Positions 10,029-17,699 of a stretch of DNA of 64,000 nt are shown in pieces; within the stretch, counting starts at the first letter, position 1; every line of letters starts with the position of its first letter. A program made the position numbers and the translations under genes. The notes beneath the pieces were generated by a model. It did no database searches. It was not told the origin of the DNA and saw nothing but the letters and a program-made list of their open reading frames with translations. Source of the stretch: an uncultured bacterium (GTDB lineage: Bacteria > Margulisbacteria > WOR-1 > CAVSGV01); NCBI GenBank assembly GCA_963768305.1, contig CAVYHE010000003.1, positions 148,238-212,237 on the forward strand, given 5' to 3'.

Positions 10029-10070
10029 ATAGTCATTAACGAAGAAGTTTAAATGTGAGGTGAAAAGTAA

Positions 10071-10361
10071 ATGGTGAAGAGTTTATTCGTAGGCAACCTT
10101 CCCTGGAGCACGACCGAAGACGAGCTTAAAGCGAAGTTCGAAGAGCATGTTAAAGTCGTTGCTGCGAGGATCGTAACAGACAAATTCTCCGGCAGGTCCA
10201 AAGGTTTTGGATTTGTGGAGGTTGACGATGCCGATATGGAAAAAGCTATTTCAGCGATGAACGGGCAAAAGTTCGGCGAACGAGAGATCGTGGTCAACGA
10301 AGCCCGTCCAAAGACCGAAAGAAGCGACAGACCGCGCAGAGATTTCAATTCAAGAATGTAA
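10071..10361 (+). CDS. RNA-binding protein with a single RRM domain
   Basis: 96 aa with RNP-2 LFVGNL and RNP-1 KGFGFVEV. An RBS GAGGTG lies upstream, and the C-terminus is Arg-rich. Confidence 0.9.
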   Translation: MVKSLFVGNLPWSTTEDELKAKFEEHVKVVAARIVTDKFSGRSKGFGFVEVDDADMEKAISAMNGQKFGEREIVVNEARPKTERSDRPRRDFNSRM

Positions 10362-10382
10362 TCGTTTTTGATTGATCTTAAT

Positions 10383-10424
10383 AAAGGCCCGTTGTGTTAA
10401 GTCACTGTCGGGCCTTTTTATTTG
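10383..10424 (+). terminator. intrinsic terminator after the RRM gene
   Basis: Stem AAAGGCCCG/CGGGCCTTT has a 17-nt loop and is followed by a TTATTT tail. Confidence 0.55.
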
Positions 10425-10456
10425 AACTGATTTTCAGCGTGATGTAAAATAAACCA

Positions 10457-11011
10457 ATGGATATTATCCTTGCATCAGCGTCGCCAAGGCGGAAAGAACT
10501 GCTGACGGAGATAGTAAAAGATTTTACGGTCGTCCCGAGCGGTTTTGACGAATCCGTCCTCGATATTTCCGGCCCCGTTGATTTTGTGAAAAAGGCCTCA
10601 TATGAAAAAGCGAAAGACGTGGCCGGCCGCAACTGGGATGCCCTGGTCATAGGCGCCGATACCATCGTGGTGCTTGACGGAAAGATCTTCGGCAAACCGA
10701 ATGACCTTTCTCACGCGAAAGAAATGCTCACGGCCCTTTCAGGCCGCACTCATCAGGTAATGACGGGGATCACCTTGATAAAACAAGGGCGGTCGGTAAC
10801 AGGCCACGCGGAGACCGAAGTTACTTTCAAGCGATTAAGCGAAAAAGATATTGATGACTATTTGAAAAATGATCTGGTGCTTGATAAAGCCGGCTCATAC
10901 GCGATACAGGAGATAGGGGAGAAGTTCGTGAAAAAGATCAAAGGCGACCGCAATAATGTTGTCGGTCTTCCTCTGGACCTTCTGAAGGGAATGCTCCGGC
11001 TCCTGCAATGA
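10457..11011 (+). CDS. maf: Maf-like nucleoside triphosphate pyrophosphatase
   Basis: 184 aa reading MDIILASASPRRKELL...VIGADTIVVLDGKIFGKP...KAGSYAIQ. Confidence 0.9.
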   Translation: MDIILASASPRRKELLTEIVKDFTVVPSGFDESVLDISGPVDFVKKASYEKAKDVAGRNWDALVIGADTIVVLDGKIFGKPNDLSHAKEMLTALSGRTHQVMTGITLIKQGRSVTGHAETEVTFKRLSEKDIDDYLKNDLVLDKAGSYAIQEIGEKFVKKIKGDRNNVVGLPLDLLKGMLRLLQ

Positions 11012-11981
11012 TCTCCGGCGCTCTTTCCAGTAAGGCTATTATCTGACCTTTTGTGCCGGCGTTGTTCAATATTCTCCGGATGCAGCTTGTATGCGGGAAA
11101 TCCCTCACATACCATTGCACGACTTTTCTCATGTAGCCGACCTTGCTTTTGGCCTCCATGTTCCGGTATTTATCTATATAGTCGAGATGCTTTTTTGCCG
11201 CATCAAGCAGTTCATCCAGCGTTCGTTCTTCTTCCGGTTCGCCGGATTTCAGATAAGTTTCTATCTCTTTGAATATCCACGGATTACCGTACGCGCCTCT
11301 TGCAACCATGATGCCGTCGCATCTGGTTTTTTCGATCATTTCTTTCGCAAGCACCGAATTCATTATATTGCCGGAGCCGAACACGGGAATTTTTACCGCC
11401 TCTTTGACGGTCTTTATGGCTTCCAGATCGATATCCCCCGAATAGCCCTGTTTCTGCGTCCGCCCGTGCATGAATATCGCGGCAGCGCCGTTAGCTTCGC
11501 ATTGTTTCGCGATTTCTTCTATATGCTGGTGATCGTTCCCGCTAAAGCCCGATCTCAACTTTACGGTTATCGGCAGCCTGAGTTTCGAAGATAATAATTC
11601 CAGGATCCTGTAAAGGTTCTCCGGGTTTTTTAAAAAATACGCGCCGGCCTTCTTTTTCAGCATTTTGGGGACGGGGCAGGCGGCGTTGATATCGAGGAAC
11701 TTAATATCGAGCGTATTGACCAGGTATTCCGCGGCTTTCAGCATCATCTCCGGCTCAGGTCCCACCAGCTGAGCCGCGATCGGACTGTCCTTTGAAATTG
11801 TTTTGATGATGTCGTTCTCTTTTTTCTTGCCGTAAATTATTGAATTGCAGTCTATCATCTCAAAGAAAGCGAATTTCGCGCCGTGTTCCCGGCAGATGAG
11901 CCTGAACGGAAGGTCCGTTACGCCGGCCATCGGGGCAAGTATCACGTTAGATGGGAGAAGATATGAGCCGATTTTTACCAT
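10938..11981 (-). CDS. dusB: tRNA-dihydrouridine synthase (DusB-like)
   Basis: The protein reads MVKIGSYLLPSNVILAPMAGVTDLPFRLICREHGA...CPVPKMLKKKAGAY...VKLRSG...HGRTQKQGYSG. The ORF track starts at 12071, but the conserved sequence begins at the ATG at 11981. The 3' end overlaps convergent maf by 74 nt. Confidence 0.85.
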   Translation of the reverse strand: MVKIGSYLLPSNVILAPMAGVTDLPFRLICREHGAKFAFFEMIDCNSIIYGKKKENDIIKTISKDSPIAAQLVGPEPEMMLKAAEYLVNTLDIKFLDINAACPVPKMLKKKAGAYFLKNPENLYRILELLSSKLRLPITVKLRSGFSGNDHQHIEEIAKQCEANGAAAIFMHGRTQKQGYSGDIDLEAIKTVKEAVKIPVFGSGNIMNSVLAKEMIEKTRCDGIMVARGAYGNPWIFKEIETYLKSGEPEEERTLDELLDAAKKHLDYIDKYRNMEAKSKVGYMRKVVQWYVRDFPHTSCIRRILNNAGTKGQIIALLERAPEIIAGAGAFPSEGPEEDRQHYCGRL

Positions 11982-12082
11982 TTGTTTAATTATAGCATTT
12001 ATTGATTTCAGAGATGACGATGATGAAGAGGGGGCAAAATTGAAAAAGGGTAGGGCGTATGAGATAATCATGAACGGTTTTT

Positions 12083-12169
12083 GGAGAGGTGGCCGAGCGG
12101 TTTAAGGCGGTAGTCTTGAAAACTACTGTACTGGAAACAGTACCGGGGGTTCGAATCCCTCCCTCTCCG
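12083..12169 (+). tRNA. tRNA-Ser (anticodon UGA), long variable arm
   Basis: The sequence is GGAGAGGTGGCCGAGCGGTTTAAGGCGGTAGTCTTGAAAACTACTGTACTGGAAACAGTACCGGGGGTTCGAATCCCTCCCTCTCCG. The anticodon loop is CTTGAAA and the acceptor stem is GGAGAGG/CCTCTCC. Confidence 0.9.
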
Positions 12170-12196
12170 ATTTCCTTAACAAAAGCCGGGGGAATA

Positions 12197-12758
12197 ATGA
12201 AAAATAGCTTACAAGACTTCCCGCTCTCCAAAGTCTTCCATCTCATCGAGCCCGGGCCGGTAGTGATGTTGACCACGGCCCAAAAAGGTCGCGCGAACGT
12301 CATGACCATGAGCTGGACCATGATGGTGGAATTCACTCCCGCTCTGATCGCCTGTGTCGTCAGCCCCGCAGACTACAGCTACAAGGCGCTTATCTCGACG
12401 AAGGAATGCGTCGTCGCGATCCCCACCGTTGATATCATCAAAACGGTCATCGATGTCGGCAATTGTTCCGGCAAGGATATCGATAAGTTCAAAAGATTCA
12501 AACTGACGCCTCTTCCGGCCGCAAAGGTCTCCTGCTCCGCTCATCAAGGAATGCATTTACAATGTCGAATGCAAAGTGGTAGATGTTTCTTGGGCCGATA
12601 AGTACGCGATCTTCATGCTTGAGGCGGTCAAAGCCTGGGCCGATCCGAAAAGGAGAGAGCGCAGGATGTTCCACGCCAATGGCGACGGCACTTTCGTCAT
12701 GGACGGCAAAATGATCAACATGAAGAAGAGAATGGTGAAGTTCAAGGAACTGTTGTGA
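12197..12758 (+). pseudogene. flavin reductase-like FMN-binding protein, frame broken once
   Basis: From the ATG at 12197 it reads MKNSLQDFPLSKVFHLIEPGPVVMLTTAQKGRANVMTMSWTMMVEF... After a +1 change near 12520-12530 the homology continues as ..PAPLIKECIYNVECKVVDVSWADKYAIFMLEAVKAW.. (ORF 12576..12758). The 5' part of ORF 12089 overlaps tRNA-Ser and is not coding. Confidence 0.7.
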
Positions 12759-12785
12759 TATAATATTAATCCAGGGTGAAATTTA

Positions 12786-13316
12786 ATGGAATCTGACCGG
12801 TCGGGGCAAGTTCCGGAGTCCAAGGTCCTGGTCCTGAACGCGACTTTTTTACCGATAAATATTTGCAGCTGGAAACGGGCTCTCATCCTTATTTTCAAGG
12901 GGAAAGCGGAAAGGATAGAGAACAGCAAAAAGTACGTGAACAGCGGGAAATACATCCTTCCGCTGGTGATAAAACTGAGGGAATACATCCCGCTGCCGTA
13001 TAGCGGCGTCGTTTTTACAAGGCGGAATATTTTTTTAAGGGATAATTACACGTGCCAGTATTGCAAGAAAGGGACGAACCTGACCATAGATCATGTTGTC
13101 CCTACTTCGCGGGGCGGCGAGGATGTCTGGGAAAATGTCGTCACCTGCTGCGTAAGATGCAATAACAAGAAGGGCGACAAGCTTCTGGAGGAAGCGAACA
13201 TGAAGCTTGCCAATGTTCCGTACAGGCCGCCTTCCAGCCTGTACCTTCAGGTGACAAGGCAGACAAAGGTCCCGGCAAGCTGGTTCTCGTATTTTTTCAG
13301 GAAATCGTGCCAGTAA
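12786..13316 (+). CDS. HNH endonuclease family protein (stand-alone)
   Basis: 176 aa with the HNH/zinc motif CQYCKKGTNLTIDHVVPTSRGGEDVWENVVTCCVRCNNKKGDK. Confidence 0.85.
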   Translation: MESDRSGQVPESKVLVLNATFLPINICSWKRALILIFKGKAERIENSKKYVNSGKYILPLVIKLREYIPLPYSGVVFTRRNIFLRDNYTCQYCKKGTNLTIDHVVPTSRGGEDVWENVVTCCVRCNNKKGDKLLEEANMKLANVPYRPPSSLYLQVTRQTKVPASWFSYFFRKSCQ

Positions 13317-13330
13317 TTGATTATTAGGAT

Positions 13331-13406
13331 GGCGCGGTAGCTCAGTCGGTAGAGCAGCGGCCTGAAAAGCCGCGTGTCGCCGGTTCGATTCCGGCCTGCG
13401 CCACCA
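13331..13406 (+). tRNA. tRNA-Phe (anticodon GAA), CCA encoded
   Basis: The sequence is GGCGCGGTAGCTCAGTCGGTAGAGCAGCGGCCTGAAAAGCCGCGTGTCGCCGGTTCGATTCCGGCCTGCGCCACCA, with anticodon loop CTGAAAA. Confidence 0.92.
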
Positions 13407-13472
13407 TTCTCCTTCGCCCTATGGGCTTCGGAGAATGGAATGACAAATGTCCAATGGCAAATGTCAAATTGG

Positions 13473-13490
13473 GGCATTTGGATCTTGGAT
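13473..13490. repeat. 18-nt repeat GGCATTTGGATCTTGGAT (inverted partner of 9829-9846) inside a motif-rich tRNA spacer
   Basis: Exact reverse complement of 9829-9846. The 134-nt Phe-Lys spacer also holds TTTGTCATT/AATGACAAA three times and CAAATGTC twice. Confidence 0.6.
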
Positions 13491-13540
13491 TTAATTTGTC
13501 ATTTGAAATTGGGATTTTGTCATTGCGAGCGTTAGCGAGC

Positions 13541-13613
13541 GGGCCGGTAGCTCAGTTGGTAGAGCATTACACTTTTAATGTAAGGGTCCTGGGTTCGAAT
13601 CCCAGCCGGCTCA
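13541..13613 (+). tRNA. tRNA-Lys (anticodon UUU)
   Basis: The sequence is GGGCCGGTAGCTCAGTTGGTAGAGCATTACACTTTTAATGTAAGGGTCCTGGGTTCGAATCCCAGCCGGCTCA, with anticodon loop CTTTTAA. Confidence 0.92.
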
Positions 13614-13645
13614 TTTTTTCCAGATCTGCGGATCCTCAAAAGGAT

Positions 13646-15838
13646 TTATCTTATTAAGTGATCGATTGTGGCTGTCAATGTTCTTTCGCCATCGGGGATC
13701 TTCAAGATGGCCAGATTGAAAGCGTTCAACAGGGTCATGAAATTCACTATTGCATCGTCATCGGATTTGGCATATCTTTTCTTAAGGTTTTCATAATGTT
13801 GCGCGGCCATAGCCAGGACAGGCGAATACAGGACGGCGAGGATCGCCGCGGCCTCGTATAACTTTTGTATGCTTCCCAGGTCTTTTGCCGCGCATAATTC
13901 CCCCATGGATATTTGCGCTCTTTGCTGAGGGTCATTTAATATGTCGTCGGGGAGGTCCTTCAGGATATCCGCGGGTGAGAGTTTGCCTAAACCGCCCAAC
14001 CAGGCCGGTCTGTACAGCCGGGATGATCCCTTTGCGAAATTTTCCAGCATTGCGACAGATTCAGTGAGCTTTTCGATCGCTTTGTTTATCATTCCGACGG
14101 TCGAAATATAATGCTCTCCGGCAGGATCTTCATTTGCCTTGAGAAAAGTTGCAAAAATAAAGATCGATATGTTGTTATTCAGTTTATGCGCAATAACATC
14201 GATCAACTTCAGCAGGGGCGTGGGTTCCAGCGCAGGTAATTTAGGTTCTTGTCCGTTCATTGCTTTTTGGGGTTTCGCCTCTTCAGCGGGAATAAAGCCG
14301 GCTTTTATTTGCGCTGCCTTGTTCGCCCCCAAAAGGATCTGGGACAATGTTTGACTGTCCTTGGCGATGTACTGTGCCAGCCCCAGCTCGATAGTTCTTC
14401 GCAATTCTTCAGGTCCTGTCTCGGGCGGGGTTCCGCTCACTATAAATATGGGAGTTGTTCGGTCTTTGCGCCTTATGTGCAAGGCGAGTTCAACGCCGGT
14501 CATATTCGGCATGTTGTGATCGGTAAATATCGCGTCAGGATTTTCCCCCATGGAATTTATCATCGCCACCGCATCTTTGCCGTCCACCGCGGTCTTCACA
14601 TTGTAGCCGGCGGCCTCGAGAAAGTCCTTTATCATTGACCTTGCCGCTTCATTATCATCAACTACAAGTATCGTTACGCCGCCCGCTATTTCCTTGTTTG
14701 TCTTAGGTACTATGACGACCGCAACCTCTTCCTTCTCCGGGATCTCTTTCGGAAAAGCTTCTTCCTCCTTTTCCTTCGTGAGCATTTTACCGGCATAATC
14801 GGCGGAAAGTTTCACGAGTTCATTGATCCTCTCCGACATTTGATCCACGGAAAGTTTTATGCCGTTTATGTTCTTGTCCAGGACCGCGAAGCTCTCATCT
14901 AATGCCTTATTGACCTTGTCGGCGGTCAGGTCCTTGCCTGATCCTATGATCAATCCGATTTTTTTCAGCTCTTCGGCTATGTTCGATATTTTACCGGGGT
15001 CGAATATCTCAAGGTTTTCAAGTATTTTGGAAACATCATGCGTCAGGCCCTCAATTGATATTGCCATATTGCTCGATTTGCCTCTTTTTGTGCCGGCAAA
15101 GTGCTCCAGTTTTAAAAGGACGTCGTCGATCTTTTTCTGGTGCGTGAACATTTCTTCGCAAGGCGCCAGGAAGGTCTGCTCTTTGAGTTTTTTAAGTTCG
15201 GATATGATCGAAGCAGATACGGGTTTTTGGCCCACAATCTCCGCCGTGCGCAGCGAGTACACCTGCACTTTCAGGTCATGGACGATCTTCGAGGTCCGGT
15301 CCACAAGGCCGCTCAAACAGAACAGGGGATTCTTTATTCTGTCGGAAGCGTAGTTCGCAAGCTCCCGCCTGGTATTGATCTTGGGCAGATCCAGTTCTTC
15401 AAAGTTCATTTTCGCCCATTCAACGATGCTGACCCCGTTCTTCGCAAGTGTATCGCGGGACCCTTCTAATCCATCGAGTATAAGCGCGTTCATGCTTTCA
15501 GATAGTCTTTCCGTTAAGTTTTTTTCGTTCATTATTCCGCCTTTAACGTCTGGACTTATCATTAGCTTGAGGGGGTTCTCGGGGAGAAGTACTTCTGGCG
15601 AGTTCACGCCCTCTTTCTGCGCATAAAGTACGTGTCTCAGCGCTAGGCCTAACTCTGGGCATCCCAGATTCTCGGGCTTGCCTTCGGCTTGAAGTATCAA
15701 TCCATTCGGGGTCGCATCTAAAATGCCGCGACCGCCGGACATGATGATCCTTTTCGCTATCATGCTGCTGCAATCGGCGATGTATTTATGGACCCCGGAA
15801 TTATGATTAATATGTGGTATTTTCCCAGGTTCACCCAA
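13646..15838 (-). CDS. multidomain response-regulator receiver protein (unknown N-terminal region - REC - DHp-like helical C-terminus, no ATPase domain)
   Basis: 730 aa and intact. The central receiver (about 14330-14680) reads TILVVDDNEAARSMIKDFLEAAGYNVKTAVDGKDAVAM...AIFTDHNMPNMTGVEL...PIFIVSGT...YIAKD. Downstream, at 14161-14220, LKLIDVIAHKLNNNISIF resembles a histidine-kinase H-box. I recognise no HATPase_c or DNA-binding domain. Confidence 0.7.
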   Translation of the reverse strand: MGEPGKIPHINHNSGVHKYIADCSSMIAKRIIMSGGRGILDATPNGLILQAEGKPENLGCPELGLALRHVLYAQKEGVNSPEVLLPENPLKLMISPDVKGGIMNEKNLTERLSESMNALILDGLEGSRDTLAKNGVSIVEWAKMNFEELDLPKINTRRELANYASDRIKNPLFCLSGLVDRTSKIVHDLKVQVYSLRTAEIVGQKPVSASIISELKKLKEQTFLAPCEEMFTHQKKIDDVLLKLEHFAGTKRGKSSNMAISIEGLTHDVSKILENLEIFDPGKISNIAEELKKIGLIIGSGKDLTADKVNKALDESFAVLDKNINGIKLSVDQMSERINELVKLSADYAGKMLTKEKEEEAFPKEIPEKEEVAVVIVPKTNKEIAGGVTILVVDDNEAARSMIKDFLEAAGYNVKTAVDGKDAVAMINSMGENPDAIFTDHNMPNMTGVELALHIRRKDRTTPIFIVSGTPPETGPEELRRTIELGLAQYIAKDSQTLSQILLGANKAAQIKAGFIPAEEAKPQKAMNGQEPKLPALEPTPLLKLIDVIAHKLNNNISIFIFATFLKANEDPAGEHYISTVGMINKAIEKLTESVAMLENFAKGSSRLYRPAWLGGLGKLSPADILKDLPDDILNDPQQRAQISMGELCAAKDLGSIQKLYEAAAILAVLYSPVLAMAAQHYENLKKRYAKSDDDAIVNFMTLLNAFNLAILKIPDGERTLTATIDHLIR

Positions 15839-15870
15839 AGGATATCCCTCCTATATATATATCGTCAATA

Positions 15871-17049
15871 TCAAGAGGGAATTTCAGATGATCTTAAAAG
15901 ATCAGTCTTTTGAGAGGACTTTAGAAGCTTCCGGTGCAGCATGAAATTCGAAGTGTCCAGGGTCCTGTAGAACCTTTTTTCGCCGGTCCTCAGGACCTTG
16001 ATGATATTTTCCATGCCCGGCGCGTCCGAATCCCTGCGGAACATTTCATGGTCAAATATCCTGTATATTCCGTCGGGAACAAGCGCGCCCGCGACGCTCT
16101 TGTATGTCCAGTAGCTCCACGACCAGCCGAATTCCCTGAAAATGCCGAGCGCGTGCTCCACCCACTTAAGCTCGCTGTTGCAAACGGGGCACCTGCTCGC
16201 GACGCCGAATTCGCCCACAAGAACGGGGACATTGTCCCTGTTCTGGATATCGCGGAACCGCTTCAGGTGATCTTTCAATTCTTTTTTGCCGGGGCAGCAG
16301 AGCAGGGGGTCCCAGTTGAAAGTGAAATTCACTGGCACATAAAAATGAATGCTCCAGGCGAAATTATCGTCCTTCGGTTTTTTTATGCCCTTGAAATCCG
16401 CCGCCCAGTTGTTCGGCTCGATGAAAAGGATGTGGTTGTCGCCGTTCTTGCGGATCACATTGATGATCTTCAAATACAAGCTTATTGAGCTTGCCGACGT
16501 TTATCTGTGACCGGTTCATTAAGTATGTCGTAGCCGGCGATCGTCGATTCATTCTTGTACCTTTTTGAGATCTTGTCCCATAAGTTCACGGTCTGCCTGA
16601 CGAATTTATCGTTCTCCCATAGGCCTGCTGTTCCGTCCGAGTCGCTGTGCCAGTCGCGATTCTGGGAGCCCGGCGCCGCGTGAAGGTCAAGTATCAGATA
16701 AACTTTATATTTTCTGAACCATCCGACTATCTTATCAAGAAGTTTGAAACCGTCTTTTTTGTCCAATACCCTGTGATTGATCGGCAATCGGGCGCAGTTG
16801 AAACCGAGCTTTTTGATGCGTGCGACATCGTCTTCATTGAAAAAATGCTTTTGGAATTCAGAAGTGAAATCGCTCGAGTTTTGCCTTTCCGTAAAGGGAC
16901 CTGATCTTGTTCTTGAATACATGTTCGGGAATGTTCTTTCCGCCGAGCATGTAGCCTTCCATCATCAGCCATCCGCCTATGCCGATGGATCGCAGGACCA
17001 CTTCCCGTCCTTTTTCATCGACTATCTTTTTTCCACGGGTTTTCAGCAT
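15871..17049 (-). pseudogene. glycoside hydrolase family 5 (cellulase-like), at least 3 frame changes
   Basis: Fragments 16858..17049, 16482..16922, a short bridge in ORF 16364..16552, and 15871..16479 together give one GH5. It reads ..GIGGWLMMEGYM.., ..GFNCARLPINH..LILDLHAAPGSQN.., the acid/base motif YDILNEP, and the nucleophile motif PVLVGEFGV. Confidence 0.75.
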
Positions 17050-17101
17050 TATTTTTATACTAGCAAAGCATGCATCTATTGTCTATAATATAAAAGTTCT
17101 T

Positions 17102-17180
17102 GGGCCCGTAGTGTAGCCTGGTCTAACACGTCTGCCTGTCACGCAGAAGATCGAGGGTTCAAATCCCTTCGGGCCCGCCA
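17102..17180 (+). tRNA. tRNA-Asp (anticodon GUC), CCA encoded
   Basis: The sequence is GGGCCCGTAGTGTAGCCTGGTCTAACACGTCTGCCTGTCACGCAGAAGATCGAGGGTTCAAATCCCTTCGGGCCCGCCA, with anticodon loop CTGTCAC. Confidence 0.9.
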
Positions 17181-17211
17181 GACTCCAAAAAACAGGAGGC
17201 GGCGGAATTTC

Positions 17212-17699
17212 ATGAAAAGAACGATATTGTTCATGTCTGATTTATTTGGTTGCATCGGCCGCATTTGCTTTAGCAGCGCCGCTCCGACTTCAAATAAAGC
17301 CCCGGATTTCACATTAAAGAACCTTGCCGGGAAGGACATTTCCTTGAAGTCATTTCAGGGAAAGACCGTCATGCTGGTGTTCTTTCAGACATGTGCCCCG
17401 CCTGCCAGGGAGAAATGCCGCAACTGAATTCCGTTTACAGAAAGCTCAACTGCAAAAGATTTCGAGATGCTCGGCGTCAGACATAAGGGAAATCCGCGCA
17501 TTATGTATCGTCATTTGCAAGCGAAAACAAGATAGTTTTTCCGGTCCTTCTGGATGAACGAGGCGATGCCGCGAATGCTTATAAGGTCAGGTTCATTCCG
17601 AGCATTTTCATCGTTGATAAGGCGGGAAAGATCGTTTTCCGTTCGCATTATCTTCCGGCAGGGGACATAGAAAAGGAGATAAAAAAGGCGGTCAAATGA
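17212..17699 (+). pseudogene. TlpA/ResA-like thiol:disulfide oxidoreductase (thioredoxin fold), 3 frame changes
   Basis: It reads MKRTILF...APDFTLKNLAGKDISLKSFQGKTVMLVFFQT, then the frames change to CPACQGEMPQLNSVYRKLN, KDFEMLGV and SAHYVSSFASENKIVFPVLLDERGDAANAYKVRFIPSIFIVDKAGKIVF...KKAVK. The stop at 17697-17699 overlaps the ccdA ATG at 17696. Confidence 0.75.

Noticed and set aside
12089-12196. 5' extension of the flavin-reductase ORF, and ORFs 13247..13477(-), 13421..13657(+) and 17139..17339(-)
   Set aside because: They run through the tRNA-Ser(UGA), tRNA-Phe, tRNA-Lys and tRNA-Asp genes respectively, so they are artefacts of ORF calling over structural RNA.
12786-13316. The stand-alone HNH endonuclease as part of a mobile element or restriction/defence locus
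   Set aside because: It has no methyltransferase, helicase or other partner gene, and it is flanked by housekeeping genes and tRNAs. The N-terminal VLVLNATFLPINICSWKRAL region, as I recall it, is typical of a widespread chromosomal HNH family.
13404-13438. The hairpin at the 3' end of tRNA-Phe as an intrinsic terminator
   Set aside because: No T-tract follows it, and tRNA-Lys lies 100 nt downstream on the same strand. It is more likely a processing or spacer structure.
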